Assembly (NCBI GenBank): GCA_050951005.1
Contig: JBMNIP010000001.1
Location: forward strand, 96,102 to 128,101
Direction of reading: 5' to 3'
DNA: 32,000 nt
DNA from: Eggerthellaceae bacterium
GTDB lineage: Bacteria; Actinomycetota; Coriobacteriia; Coriobacteriales; Eggerthellaceae
Positions 1-9,227 of the stretch are shown in pieces. Every line of letters starts with the position of its first letter. The stretch's first letter is position 1. The notes below the pieces were generated by a model, which was not told where the DNA came from, searched no databases, and worked only from the letters and a program-made list of their open reading frames with translations. Both the position numbers and the translations under genes were made by a program.

Positions 1-282
1 AGCGTTGCAAGCCATTATGTGGTCTTTGCGCTTGCGGTAGTGGTAGGCTTCTACGTCATCACCAACGTAACGCATACTCTCCATACACCGCTGATGTCTG
101 AAACGAATGCCATTTCAGGCATCATCATCGTGGGCGCCATCCTGCTCATTGGCTCCGACAACCTCGTGGTCATGGTGCTGTCCTTTATTGCCATGGCTAT
201 CGCGGCCATCAACATCTTCGGCGGCTTCCTGGTCACGCATCGCATGTTGAAGATGTTCGAGAGGAGCTCTGAGGACCGATGA
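1..282 (+). CDS. pntA: NAD(P) transhydrogenase alpha subunit, small membrane part (PntA2/PntAB type), 5'-truncated by the window edge
   Basis: The frame is open from base 1, with no stop before GTG 19, so the start lies upstream of the window. The translation ...[22 protein letters not shown]...[14 protein letters not shown] matches the ~100-aa membrane alpha-2 subunit of split transhydrogenases. Its stop overlaps the pntB start (ATGA at 279-282). Confidence 0.85.
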   Translation, partial: SVASHYVVFALAVVVGFYVITNVTHTLHTPLMSETNAISGIIIVGAILLIGSDNLVVMVLSFIAMAIAAINIFGGFLVTHRMLKMFERSSEDR

Positions 283-1769
283 GCACTGGAACGATTCTCG
301 ATATGGGCTTTTCCGTATCGGCCGCGGTGCTCGACGGGCTTTCCCGGTTCGAGACCATGGCATACATCATGGCGGCCCTGCTCTTCATCTTGGCGCTGGC
401 CAATCTCTCGCAGCAGAAGACCGCCCTGAAGGGCAACATCTTCGGCATCGTCGGCATGGCGCTTGCGCTGGTCGCGGTCATCGTGGTCGCTGTGGCATCC
501 GATGAGCGGGCAGCCTATCTTGCCATCGTGCTCATGGTGCTTGCCTTGGCCATCGGTGCCGCCATCGGCATCTGGAAAGCGCGGCATGTGCAGATGACGG
601 AGATGCCCCAGCTGGTTGCCCAGCTGCACTCGTTTGTGGGTGCTTCTGCGGTGCTGGTGGGATACAACTCGTTCCTTACGGTGCCGGGGTTGGTGCTTGC
701 CGACCCGGTGGCGGCTTCGGAAAACGCCTTCCATCTGGGCGAAGTCGGTATCGCCGTCTTCATCGGCGCCGTGACCTTCACCGGTTCGATCATCGCCTAC
801 CTGAAGTTGGCGGGAAAGATCTCCGGCAAGCCGCTGACGCTTCCCGGGCGCAACTTCCTGAACCTTGCCATGCTGGTGGTGATCATCGGCTGCATCGCTT
901 GGCTGGTGAACACGCGCGGTGTGGATGCGGGATTGGTGCCGCTTGGCATTATCACCGTGGTCTCACTGGTGCTCGGTCTGCATTTGGTCATGGCCATCGG
1001 GGGCGGCGATATGCCGGTGGTGGTATCCATGCTGAACTCCTATTCCGGTTGGGCTGCAGCTATGGCGGGCTTCACCTTGGGAAACGACCTTCTGATTATT
1101 GCCGGCGCACTCGTCGGTTCCTCCGGCGCATACTTGAGCTACATCATGTGCCAGGGCATGAACCGCAGCTTCATGTCCGTGATCCTGGGCGGGTTCGGTT
1201 CTGATACCCAGGCATCTTCCTCTGCGTCGGCTGCGGATCTGGGTTCCTATACCACGACGACGCCCGAAGCGGTAGCCGATTTGCTCAAAGCGGCGAACCG
1301 CGTGGTCATCACCCCCGGCTACGGCATGGCGGTGGCACAAGCGCAGTTCCCCGTGGCGACCCTTACCCAGAAGCTGCTCGATCGCGGCATCGACGTGAAG
1401 TTCGGTATCCATCCGGTGGCTGGGCGTATGCCCGGGCACATGAACGTGCTGCTGGCCGAGGCAAAGGTTCCCTACGATGCGGTCTACGACCTGGACGACA
1501 TCAACGACCAGTTTGCCGACACGGATGTCGTACTGGTTATCGGGGCGAACGATACGGTCAACCCATCGGCGCTTACGGACCCCAATGGGCCCATTGCCGG
1601 CATGCCGGTGCTCCATGTGTGGGAGGCGCGCAAGGTCATCGCCTTCAAACGCAAGATGGGAAACGCCGGATATTCGGGTGTGGTGAATCCGCTGTTCTAT
1701 AACGAGAATACCGACATGCTGCTCGGCGATGCGAAAGAGTCGGTCGACGCCATAGTAGCAGCGCTCTAG
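279..1769 (+). CDS. pntB: NAD(P) transhydrogenase beta subunit
   Basis: The 496-aa product has a multi-TM N-terminal half and a C-terminal NADP(H)-binding domain ([44 protein letters not shown]). It is translationally coupled to the preceding pntA fragment. Confidence 0.95.
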   Translation: MSTGTILDMGFSVSAAVLDGLSRFETMAYIMAALLFILALANLSQQKTALKGNIFGIVGMALALVAVIVVAVASDERAAYLAIVLMVLALAIGAAIGIWKARHVQMTEMPQLVAQLHSFVGASAVLVGYNSFLTVPGLVLADPVAASENAFHLGEVGIAVFIGAVTFTGSIIAYLKLAGKISGKPLTLPGRNFLNLAMLVVIIGCIAWLVNTRGVDAGLVPLGIITVVSLVLGLHLVMAIGGGDMPVVVSMLNSYSGWAAAMAGFTLGNDLLIIAGALVGSSGAYLSYIMCQGMNRSFMSVILGGFGSDTQASSSASAADLGSYTTTTPEAVADLLKAANRVVITPGYGMAVAQAQFPVATLTQKLLDRGIDVKFGIHPVAGRMPGHMNVLLAEAKVPYDAVYDLDDINDQFADTDVVLVIGANDTVNPSALTDPNGPIAGMPVLHVWEARKVIAFKRKMGNAGYSGVVNPLFYNENTDMLLGDAKESVDAIVAAL

Positions 1770-1843
1770 AAGGGATGCCTTGCCGCTCGGTGCACTATAA
1801 TGTGAGCCGAGCCGACATCCGTTCGGAGAGAGGCGTTGTCCGC

Positions 1844-2746
1844 ATGAACCTATCTCATCTACGGTACTTCAAGAAGCTTGCCGAGGTAGAGCATTTCACC
1901 CGTGCAGCCGAAGAGCTCTACATTGCGCAGCCCACCCTTTCGATTGCCATCAACCGTCTGGAAGAAGAACTCGGCGCGCCGCTTTTCGAGCGCTCTCATG
2001 GCAAGGTGCAGTTGACCGAATGCGGCCGGCAGTTCTATCAGTTCGTGTCCACGGGCCTGGCGAACATCGACCGGGGCGTGCAGATCGTGCACGAATATGC
2101 GGACGACATGAACAGCGTCATCAACCTCGGGTCGCTCTATGCCATCCAAGGCAAGGACTGGTCGCAGGCCCTGTACCAATTCCGTCAGACTTGCGGTCTG
2201 AACCCGAAGATCAATGTGAAGCAGGGCTATTCGGTCGATCTGATCCGCGACTTGGCCCGCGGGGATTTGGATGTGGTGTTCGCCAGCCGTACCGCCGATA
2301 CCGACACGAACCAATTCAATCTGCTCCAATGCTGGTCCCAGCAGCTGGTGGTGTGCGTGAACATCGTCCACCCGCTCGCGAAGCTTGCGAAGGTGCGCTT
2401 GGACCAGCTGGTGGATTACCGGGTGCTTACTTATCAGCCGGAAAGCCCGTGCTATGCCGCGGTGATGGCGCTGGTAAAGGGTAAGGGCCTTACGGTCGAC
2501 GCGAACTACGATGACGAGATCACCATGTCCTCGCTTCTGGAATCCGACCCGCACAATGTGGGGCTGTTCTGCTATTCATACATGGTACGTGCCTATGACG
2601 ACCTGGTGTTTCTGCCGGTCGTGGATGTGCCGCTCGATTTCCACAAGGTATACCTGATCTCCCGGCGCGAGCCGCATCCGCGGGTGCTTGCCGAATTCAT
2701 CGATTTCATGTCGTCGCATCGGTTCCCTTCGGTAGTCGTTCAGTAG
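1844..2746 (+). CDS. LysR-family transcriptional regulator
   Basis: The N-terminal HTH is MNLSHLRYFKKLAEVEHFTRAAEELYIAQPTLSIAINRLEEELGAPLFER, followed by a LysR substrate-binding-type C-terminus. I chose the start at ATG 1844 (GGAGAGAGG about 12 nt upstream). The ORF-track start at 1775 adds 23 unlikely residues. Confidence 0.9.
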   Translation: MNLSHLRYFKKLAEVEHFTRAAEELYIAQPTLSIAINRLEEELGAPLFERSHGKVQLTECGRQFYQFVSTGLANIDRGVQIVHEYADDMNSVINLGSLYAIQGKDWSQALYQFRQTCGLNPKINVKQGYSVDLIRDLARGDLDVVFASRTADTDTNQFNLLQCWSQQLVVCVNIVHPLAKLAKVRLDQLVDYRVLTYQPESPCYAAVMALVKGKGLTVDANYDDEITMSSLLESDPHNVGLFCYSYMVRAYDDLVFLPVVDVPLDFHKVYLISRREPHPRVLAEFIDFMSSHRFPSVVVQ

Positions 2747-2813
2747 GTAGGGGCCGGTTGTGGGGAAACGGCGGAGTGCGCAGCGCACCGTTCTGCCGAA
2801 CGGCAAATTCATC

Positions 2814-2842
2814 TTGACCGCAGGCGGATATCCGATTATTAT
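2814..2842 (+). promoter_or_regulatory. Sigma70-like promoter for tRNA-Phe (TTGACC - 17 nt - TATTAT)
   Basis: The -35 TTGACC is at 2814..2819 and the -10 TATTAT at 2837..2842, with an exact 17-nt spacer. It lies about 30 nt upstream of the mature tRNA 5' end. Confidence 0.5.
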
Positions 2843-2872
2843 TCAGACTTGCGTTTATAAGAATGCACTTCT

Positions 2873-2948
2873 GGTCAGGTAGCTCAGTTGGTAGAGCAGG
2901 GGACTGAAAATCCCCGTGTCAGGGGTTCAAGTCCCTTCCTGACCACCA
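2873..2948 (+). tRNA. tRNA-Phe (anticodon GAA), CCA encoded
   Basis: A manual cloverleaf fits: acceptor GGTCAGG/CCTGACC, D-arm GCTC-AGTTGGTA-GAGC, anticodon arm GGGGA-CTGAAAA-TCCCC (GAA), T-arm AGGGG-TTCAAGT-CCCTT, discriminator A, then CCA. Length is 76 nt. Confidence 0.95.
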
Positions 2949-2958
2949 TGAAATGGCA

Positions 2959-2989
2959 GGTCAGCGGCTTACGACCGCTGGCCTTTTTT
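2959..2989 (+). terminator. Rho-independent terminator after tRNA-Phe
   Basis: A 9-bp stem GGTCAGCGG/CCGCTGGCC (one G-U pair) with a 7-nt loop CTTACGA is followed by T6 (2984..2989). Confidence 0.7.
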
Positions 2990-3009
2990 GTTGGGGAGGA
3001 TCGGTAGCC

Positions 3010-4416
3010 GTGGCAAGCGAGGAACGCGAGCATTTCAACTCGCGCTTTGGCTTCATCCTGGTCGCCGCGGGATGCGCCATAGGATTGGGAAACGTCTGGC
3101 GCTTCCCGTTTATCACCGGAGAATATGGCGGAGCTGTATTCATCATTATCTACCTGATTTTCCTGCTGATTTTGGGCTTGCCGATCATGGTCATGGAATA
3201 CGCCGTCGGCCGTGGCGCCCAGCGCTCCACAGCGCGGGCATTCCATGTCCTCCCTGCAAAGAAGAATTTCCGATGGTTCTCGTGGTTCGGTTTCTTCGGG
3301 CCCTTGTTGCTGATGATGTTCTATACCACGGTATGCGGGTGGATGCTCGCCTACATACCGCGCATGGCTTCGGGCATGTTCTCGGGCGCAAGTTCCGAGA
3401 TGTCCACCCAGGCCTTCCAGAGCCTGTGCTCCGATCCTGGCGAGCTTATCTTCTGGATGCTCGTATCGGTGGCTATCGGCGTGATTGCAACTGTCCTGGG
3501 ATTGCAGCGGGGCGTCGAGCGCCTTTCGAAGTTCATGATGAGCGCCCTGTTCGTAATCATGGTCGTGCTGGTGGTCCGTTCGGTTACCCTCGATGGCGCA
3601 GGCGCCGGCCTGCAGTTCTACCTGCAGCCCGACCTGAGCAAGCTGTTTGCGGGATCGACGCTTTCCGAGCAGCTGGGAACCTTCGGCGATGCGGTGTATG
3701 CAGCCATGGGCCAGGCGTTCTTCAGTTTGTCGGTGGGCATGGGCAGCATGGCCATCTTCGGCTCGCGGATCGGCAAGGACCACAGCCTTACCAGCGAGGC
3801 GCTGTGTACCACCGGACTCGACACCTTGGTCGCCATCATGGCCGGTTTGATTATCTTCCCGGCGTGCTTTGCATACGGCATCAGCCCGGATGCAGGACCC
3901 TCGCTTATCTTCGTCACGCTGCCGATGGTTTTCGGGGAGATGCCGCTAGGCAATGTCTGGGGTGCGCTGTTCTTCGTGTTCATGGGATTTGCCGCATTGT
4001 CGACGGTCGTTGCGGTGTTCGAGGGCTTGGTTACCTGGGTTGTTGACCGATGGCAGTTCGGCCGCAATCGGGCTGCGGTGTTCGTCGGCGTGCTGGTGGG
4101 TGTGCTCAGCATCCCCTGCTGCCTCGGCTTCAACGTGTGGAGCGGTGTTGCCATCCCGGGCATCGGCGACATCCAGTCGATAGAGGATTTCATCATCTCC
4201 GATAACATCCTTCCGCTCGGCGGTCTGGTATTCGCCCTGTTCTGCGCATCGAAATGGGGCTGGGGCTGGGATAATTTCATTGCCGAGGCGGATATGGGCC
4301 GTGGCGTGAAATTCCCCAAGGGCCTTCGCCGGTGGTGCGCATATGGCATTCCGGTGTTGCAGATCATCATCTTCATCATGGGCTATGCTCCCAAGATTGC
4401 CTCCTGGCTGGGTTAG
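3010..4416 (+). CDS. Sodium-dependent transporter, neurotransmitter:sodium symporter (NSS/SNF) family
   Basis: The N-terminus carries the NSS signature: FNSRFGFILVAAGCAIGLGNVWRFPFITGEYGGAVFIIIYLIFLLILGLPIMVMEYAVGR. About 11-12 hydrophobic segments follow. I chose the start at GTG 3010 (GGAGGA at 2995..3000, 9-nt spacer), because the ORF-track ATG 2953 would run through the tRNA terminator. Confidence 0.9.
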   Translation: MASEEREHFNSRFGFILVAAGCAIGLGNVWRFPFITGEYGGAVFIIIYLIFLLILGLPIMVMEYAVGRGAQRSTARAFHVLPAKKNFRWFSWFGFFGPLLLMMFYTTVCGWMLAYIPRMASGMFSGASSEMSTQAFQSLCSDPGELIFWMLVSVAIGVIATVLGLQRGVERLSKFMMSALFVIMVVLVVRSVTLDGAGAGLQFYLQPDLSKLFAGSTLSEQLGTFGDAVYAAMGQAFFSLSVGMGSMAIFGSRIGKDHSLTSEALCTTGLDTLVAIMAGLIIFPACFAYGISPDAGPSLIFVTLPMVFGEMPLGNVWGALFFVFMGFAALSTVVAVFEGLVTWVVDRWQFGRNRAAVFVGVLVGVLSIPCCLGFNVWSGVAIPGIGDIQSIEDFIISDNILPLGGLVFALFCASKWGWGWDNFIAEADMGRGVKFPKGLRRWCAYGIPVLQIIIFIMGYAPKIASWLG

Positions 4417-4562
4417 GCGGACGTTTTCTGCTGCTCCCTGTTTCGGGTTCGTTTCCGCTCTGCAACATCGCATGAATATCTCCGAAGCCCCTTTCGGGGC
4501 ACCGGTTCGGTTGTAGAATCGAAACCGACGATATCTCGCAACAGAAACAGAAGGAGTACGCG

Positions 4563-5027
4563 ATGAGCGAAGAAACCCCCTTGGTCGGAATCATCATGGG
4601 TTCGAAAAGCGATCTTCCCACCATGGAGCCCTGCATGAAGCAGCTCGAAGAATTCGGCATTCCCTACGAGGTGAAAGTGGCTTCGGCCCATCGGAAGCCG
4701 CTCGAGGTGCACGAATGGGCGTCCAGTGCCGTCGATCGTGGATTGCGCGTCATCATTGCCGCGGCAGGCAAGGCGGCGCACCTTGGCGGTGTCGTGGCGG
4801 CGTACACTCCCAACCCGGTGATCTGCGTTCCCATGAAGACCAGCGACCTGGGCGGTCTCGACTCGTTGCTCTCCATGGTGCAGATGCCCTCCGGGGTTCC
4901 GGTGGCGACGGTGGCCATCAACGGCGCGAAGAATGCGGCAATCCTGGCAGTGCAGATGCTTGGGACCGGCGACGACGCCATGCGTCAGAAGATAGTAAAG
5001 ATGAAAGAGGATATGGCCAACGCGTAA
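4563..5027 (+). CDS. purE: 5-(carboxyamino)imidazole ribonucleotide mutase (PurE)
   Basis: Motifs: VGIIMGSKSDLPTM, ASAHRKP, IIAAAGKAAHLGGVVAAYTPNPVICVP, VQMPSGVPVATVAINGAKNAA. AAGGAG RBS lies 6 nt upstream of the ATG. Confidence 0.93.
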   Translation: MSEETPLVGIIMGSKSDLPTMEPCMKQLEEFGIPYEVKVASAHRKPLEVHEWASSAVDRGLRVIIAAAGKAAHLGGVVAAYTPNPVICVPMKTSDLGGLDSLLSMVQMPSGVPVATVAINGAKNAAILAVQMLGTGDDAMRQKIVKMKEDMANA

Positions 5028-5081
5028 TGCTCTCGCAATTCTGCGTGAGAGCAGACGCAAACGGATGAAGGGGAGGCAACC

Positions 5082-5696
5082 ATGGGAACACCGGCATATC
5101 GGACCGGACGTGGCTTGACGTTCTCGCAGGAGAGTGCATCGATGGCGCTGCTCGTTATCGACATGCTCGGCAACCCGTATGCTTCCCCTGTCTCCGAATT
5201 GGCGGTTCCCGCCACGGAGAACGGGGCGCGTATCTGTACCGCGGCCCGCGAGAACGGTGTGCCGGTAATCTTCTGCGACGATGCGCATATCTCCGGACTC
5301 GACCGCGAATTGGAACTGTGGGGCGATCATGCCCTCATCGGCACCCCCGAAGCCCAGCCCAGTCCGCAGCTGGGTCTTTGCGATGACGATTTCATTATCG
5401 AGAAACGCCGATACAGCGCCTTCTTCCAAACGGGACTGCGGCTGCTGCTTCACGAGCTTGGCGTGGATACCGTCATTGCGATAGGCGCCGACACGAACAT
5501 CTGCGTGCGCCATACCGTGGCCGATGCCTTCTTCAACAATCTGAATTCGATTATCGTCACAGATGCTACGTGGACGTATCTGGTGGGGAATCAGGAAGAC
5601 GGCCTGGCGTACTGCCAGACATGCTACGGGTCGAAGCTGGTAGACACCGATGCCGCCGTATCGATGCTGAACGGGCTTTGCCGTCAGCGGGATTAA
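5082..5696 (+). CDS. Isochorismatase-family cysteine hydrolase (nicotinamidase-like)
   Basis: Motifs ALLVIDM, KRRYSAFFQTGLRLLLHELGVDTVIAIGADTNICVRHTVADA give the Asp/Lys/Cys triad context. GGGGAGG RBS lies 6 nt before ATG 5082. An alternative start is at 5142. Confidence 0.85.
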   Translation: MGTPAYRTGRGLTFSQESASMALLVIDMLGNPYASPVSELAVPATENGARICTAARENGVPVIFCDDAHISGLDRELELWGDHALIGTPEAQPSPQLGLCDDDFIIEKRRYSAFFQTGLRLLLHELGVDTVIAIGADTNICVRHTVADAFFNNLNSIIVTDATWTYLVGNQEDGLAYCQTCYGSKLVDTDAAVSMLNGLCRQRD

Positions 5697-6442
5697 GCGG
5701 AAACAATCCGAGGCAGGGGCTTGTCGAAATCCTCGCAGGGGACGGCGTCCACACGCTGCTCGGCATAGGCGATGCCCACGATAAAGGCATCCTGGCGGGT
5801 TTCGGCGAACAGCCGATCGTAATTCCCCCCGCCGTATCCGAGGCGATTGCCCTGCTCGTCGAATGCGACCAGGGGCGTTACGATGATATCAAGGTCAGCC
5901 GGTGCGATACGCGGGTAGTCGGCAAGCACCGGATCGTCGGCATCGAGGCCCTTAAGCGGATTCACGACGAATGGGCAGGTGGCGCGCTGGTCGAAGGAAA
6001 CCTTGCGGAACGTCATACGGAGCTTGCGCGTACCGTCCTGCTCGGCAGCGGGAATCCGCTCCATGCAGGGATAGCAGACATGTGCATGATGCATGTAGGC
6101 CATGGCGACGAAGCCGGTGATATCCGGTTCGCTTCCCATGGAGGCATACACCGCGACATTCAGCGCCGGTCCCCGGTCTTCTTCCAACAGGTTCTCAAGC
6201 AGGGAGAAATCGGCAGCCAGCGGGTTGCCGGATTGGGCTGGGGGCTGCTGCTCCGTCTGGACGGGTGCGCCTTCCGCCCATTGGCGCATCTCCTTCTTCT
6301 CCGCCAGCTCATCCCAATCCACCTCGCGCGCAAGCTGGGCGCAGATAAGCACGTTCTTGCCCTCGCGCTGGTCAGACGCAATTGCATCGCGCCGTGCCAG
6401 CACCTGCTGGCGCAGGGCTTTCTTCTCATCCGTTATCGCCAT
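5693..6442 (-). CDS. 5-formyltetrahydrofolate cyclo-ligase (MTHFS) family protein
   Basis: Starts MAITDEKKALRQQVLARRDAI and ends ...IIVTPLVAFDEQGNRLGYGGGNYDRLF, which is the conserved GxGxGYYD-type C-terminal motif. I chose ATG 6442 (GAAAGGAA upstream); the ORF-track start 6538 is unlikely. It carries a Gln/Pro-rich insertion compared with typical ~190-aa family members. Confidence 0.85.
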   Translation of the reverse strand: MAITDEKKALRQQVLARRDAIASDQREGKNVLICAQLAREVDWDELAEKKEMRQWAEGAPVQTEQQPPAQSGNPLAADFSLLENLLEEDRGPALNVAVYASMGSEPDITGFVAMAYMHHAHVCYPCMERIPAAEQDGTRKLRMTFRKVSFDQRATCPFVVNPLKGLDADDPVLADYPRIAPADLDIIVTPLVAFDEQGNRLGYGGGNYDRLFAETRQDAFIVGIAYAEQRVDAVPCEDFDKPLPRIVSA

Positions 6443-6468
6443 GCCGGTTCCTTTCTGTGGTCTGGTTG

Positions 6469-7863
6469 CTATAGCCCCATGACCTGCATTACCAACAGGA
6501 TACAGGTGAGCAATCCCACGATGCCGACCGTCGCCCACAGGGCTGCGGTGCCGAATTTCGATTGCACGTATTGTCCCATGATGCGCTTATCGGCGGAGAT
6601 GATGGCCATAAACGCCAACAAAATAGGCAGGATGACGCCGTTGACGAACTGCGCGGTCAGCATGATTCCCATCAGGTTGGCCCCGGGGATCATGTCGATG
6701 ATAGCGGAGAGCACGATGATGAAGGTGATAATGCCCTTGAACGTCGGCGCTTCCTTCCAGGAGAAGTCGACGCCTGCTTCCCAGCCGAAGGCCTCGCAGA
6801 TAACGAATGCAGTGGTAACCGGCAGGACGCAGGCAGCCAGGAAGCTCGCAGCGATAAGCCCGATGGCGAAGAGCATCTTCGCGTATTCCCCGGCGAAGGG
6901 CTCCAGCGCCGCCGCAGCAGCTTCGGCGCTGTCCACGGTAATGCCTTGCGGGAAGAGGGTCGCGCCGGTAGTGACGATGATGAACCACGCTACCAGGCAG
7001 GCGGCTACGGTGCCGGAGATCGAGTCGACTTTCTGGCCGGTGAAGTCCCCGACCCCGACGCCCTTTTCAACGACATTGCTCTGCTCGTAGAACATCATCC
7101 AAGGCGCGATGGTGGTGCCGATCATGGCGATAACCAACGAGATGAACCCGGTCCCGCCTGCAACGCTCGGTGTGACCGTGCTGGTGATGGCGGCGTTCCA
7201 GTCGGGCTGTGCCATGAAGGCGGCCACCACATAGGTGACGAACACGAACGAAAGCGCCATCAGCACGCCCTGCACCCGTTTGTAATTGCCGCCGACCAAC
7301 AGGAACCATACGGCTGCTGCGGCGACGGGGATGGAGATCCAGCGCGAGACCCCGAACATCTCCATGCCCGAAGCGATGCCGGCGAACTCGGAGAATGTCG
7401 TGGCGACATTGCCGATGAGCAAGGCCAACATGGCAAGCGTCGTCAGTCGGATGCCGAAGCGCTCGCGGATCAGAGCGGAAAAGCCCTTGCCAGTGACCGC
7501 GCCCATACGCGAGGCGGTGATTTGCACAATGGCCAGCAGGATGCACATGATGGGAATGACCCACAGCGTGCCGAAACCGTAACTTGCACCGGCAGTGGAG
7601 TACGTGGAAATGCCGCCGGCGTCATTTCCCGCCATGGCGGTGACGATGCCGGGACCCATGGCTGCCAGGATCAACAGCGCTTTCGGTTTCTTTTTCTCGG
7701 GAGTCTTTGCTGCGGCGGTGTCTTCGCCTTCGGCAACGTTGGTGTCTTGCAGCACACGGTCGTCGTCTGAGGCGGCCAGCGTGGACGGCTCCCCTCCGTT
7801 TTCAGGGCCTACATCCATTGCGGCGCCGGCGATGTCCCGCTTCGTGCGGTCGATAACCATCAT
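6469..7863 (-). CDS. NRAMP/SLC11-family transporter of the NRMT (NRAMP-related Mg2+ transporter) type
   Basis: This is an 11-12 TM protein. The TM1 region reads GPGIVTAMAGNDAGGISTY, so DAGG replaces the canonical DPGN. The TM6 region reads IGTTIAPWMMFYEQS, so the canonical MPH is absent. The start is ambiguous: ATG 7863 or 7860 lie just after the upstream stop, and GTG 7875 would overlap it by 7 nt. Confidence 0.9.
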   Translation of the reverse strand: MMVIDRTKRDIAGAAMDVGPENGGEPSTLAASDDDRVLQDTNVAEGEDTAAAKTPEKKKPKALLILAAMGPGIVTAMAGNDAGGISTYSTAGASYGFGTLWVIPIMCILLAIVQITASRMGAVTGKGFSALIRERFGIRLTTLAMLALLIGNVATTFSEFAGIASGMEMFGVSRWISIPVAAAAVWFLLVGGNYKRVQGVLMALSFVFVTYVVAAFMAQPDWNAAITSTVTPSVAGGTGFISLVIAMIGTTIAPWMMFYEQSNVVEKGVGVGDFTGQKVDSISGTVAACLVAWFIIVTTGATLFPQGITVDSAEAAAAALEPFAGEYAKMLFAIGLIAASFLAACVLPVTTAFVICEAFGWEAGVDFSWKEAPTFKGIITFIIVLSAIIDMIPGANLMGIMLTAQFVNGVILPILLAFMAIISADKRIMGQYVQSKFGTAALWATVGIVGLLTCILLVMQVMGL

Positions 7864-7868
7864 GGGTA

Positions 7869-9227
7869 TCACCACTGGTAGCCGATAACGCTCAGCAAGA
7901 TGGCGGTATAGGCAATCAGGAACAGGATGCCGAGTGCGGTGCCGCCGACAATCCAGGTCCAGCGGTGCCGCGTCTTGTCATCATCGGCTGCATCCTCCAT
8001 GACCTCGAAGGCGTCGTCGAACGTCACGATACCCAGCAGATGCTCGCGTTCGTCGACCACCGGCATGGCGGGGAGATCGTATTTGGAGATTTCCGCGGCC
8101 ACTTCCTCTTCGTCCATCTCGGGCGGACAGGTGATGACGTCGGTGAACATCAGGTCGCGCAGCAGCACTTCCGTGCTCCGGGCCAGTACCAACGTGCGCA
8201 GCGACAGTACGCCGATCAGCTTCTCGTCCTCATCGTCCAGCACATACAGGCAATGGACGCTGGGATGGTCTTCGTCCAGGTGGCGGAGCGCGTTGATAGT
8301 GTCTCCGACCGTCTCGCTTTCGTGCATGGCAACGTACTGCGTGGTCATGCGCGCGCCCGCCGTGCCGTTCTTGTAGCCCAGCAGCTCGCGGATGTCCTCG
8401 GCGTCCTCGACTCCCATCAGCTGCAGCAGGGTCTGTGCCTTTTCGTAGGGCAGCTCGTTGATGATGTCGGCGGCAACGTCGGGGTCCATGTCGGACAGGA
8501 GGCGGGAGGCGCGGTGCTCTTCCAGGTCATCGATTGCATCGGCTTGGAATTCGTCTTCCATTTCCTGGATGGCATCGCCGGCCCGCTCGTCGTCCAGATG
8601 CTGGAACACCGCGGCACGTTGTTGCGGGTCGAGCTGTTCCAGGATGTCGGCGACGTCGGCGGGATGGAGTTCGTCCAAGCGGGTATGCGATACGGATAGC
8701 TGCACCTTGGACAGGTCTCGGTCCAGCAGGTCCATATAGTTCCAGGCAATGATGTGCTCGTCGATGGGGCGTTTGACTGCTTCCGCCACCGAACAGACGG
8801 CTTTCTCCAGCCAGGGCGAAAGCCCACGCAAAATGCCGCGTAGGCCCACTTCGGCGCCAATCAGGCGCAATTGGCTGCCGGCATCCGAAAGCTTCAGGTC
8901 GTTCACGCGCACGAGCTTCTTGCCCTGCGTATCGACGATCTGGCGATCCATCAAGTCGCGCGCCAACAGCACCTCGGCCGGCTGCAGGTAGCTGAAACGG
9001 ATATCGGTAGCGTCCACCTTCAGCTGGATGCCCTCTTCTTCATCGAAATCGCCGACGTACTTTCGCCACGAAATCATGAAGGGCACCTTGCCGGGTCCTT
9101 TGAACGCCAAGCTGGTAACCCGCGGGAATACCTCGCCGGTCTGGATTGCAAGATCGGAGATCTTGCCCAATTCCTCGCCGTTGGTATCCATGACGGGAAG
9201 CCCGAGCATTTGAGATAGATAGAGCAT
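7869..9227 (-). CDS. PRC-barrel + MgtE N-terminal domain + CBS-pair protein with a single C-terminal TM helix (MgtE cytoplasmic module without the MgtE pore)
   Basis: The N-terminus has two PRC-barrel-like segments (LSQMLGLPVMDTNGEELGKISDLAI and ARDLMDRQIVDTQGKKLVRVNDLKL). An MgtE_N region follows (LHPADVADILEQLDPQQRAAVFQHL...DPDVAADIINELPYEKAQTLLQLM...LLGYKNGTAGARMTT), then a CBS pair. The protein ends with one hydrophobic helix, WTWIVGGTALGILFLIAYTAILLSVIGYQW. RBS GGGGGAAG precedes ATG 9227. Confidence 0.9.
   Translation of the reverse strand: MLYLSQMLGLPVMDTNGEELGKISDLAIQTGEVFPRVTSLAFKGPGKVPFMISWRKYVGDFDEEEGIQLKVDATDIRFSYLQPAEVLLARDLMDRQIVDTQGKKLVRVNDLKLSDAGSQLRLIGAEVGLRGILRGLSPWLEKAVCSVAEAVKRPIDEHIIAWNYMDLLDRDLSKVQLSVSHTRLDELHPADVADILEQLDPQQRAAVFQHLDDERAGDAIQEMEDEFQADAIDDLEEHRASRLLSDMDPDVAADIINELPYEKAQTLLQLMGVEDAEDIRELLGYKNGTAGARMTTQYVAMHESETVGDTINALRHLDEDHPSVHCLYVLDDEDEKLIGVLSLRTLVLARSTEVLLRDLMFTDVITCPPEMDEEEVAAEISKYDLPAMPVVDEREHLLGIVTFDDAFEVMEDAADDDKTRHRWTWIVGGTALGILFLIAYTAILLSVIGYQW

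Noticed and set aside
2953-3009. ORF-track start (ATG 2953) for the NSS transporter
   Set aside because: It would begin 5 nt after the tRNA-Phe CCA end and translate through the tRNA terminator hairpin and T6 run. GTG 3010 has a GGAGGA RBS at ideal spacing and immediately precedes the conserved N-terminus.
4417-4562. Possible purine/ZTP-type riboswitch upstream of purE
   Set aside because: There are two small hairpins (GCCCC-TTTC-GGGGC and CGGTTCG...CGAAACCG). None of the conserved ZTP (pfl) or purine-riboswitch core sequences is present. The first hairpin is more simply a weak terminator for the transporter gene.
5693-5696. Convergent genes sharing overlapping stop codons in TTAA (isochorismatase-family hydrolase TAA, MTHFS TAA on the opposite strand)
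   Set aside because: It is real but trivial. It reflects compact genome organisation with no evident regulatory meaning.
5570-7090. 506-aa plus-strand ORF, and other long ORFs antisense to the MTHFS and NRMT genes
   Set aside because: It has no recognisable domains and a low-complexity Arg/Ala/Gly/Pro-rich translation typical of antisense frames in high-GC DNA. It fully overlaps two well-supported minus-strand genes.
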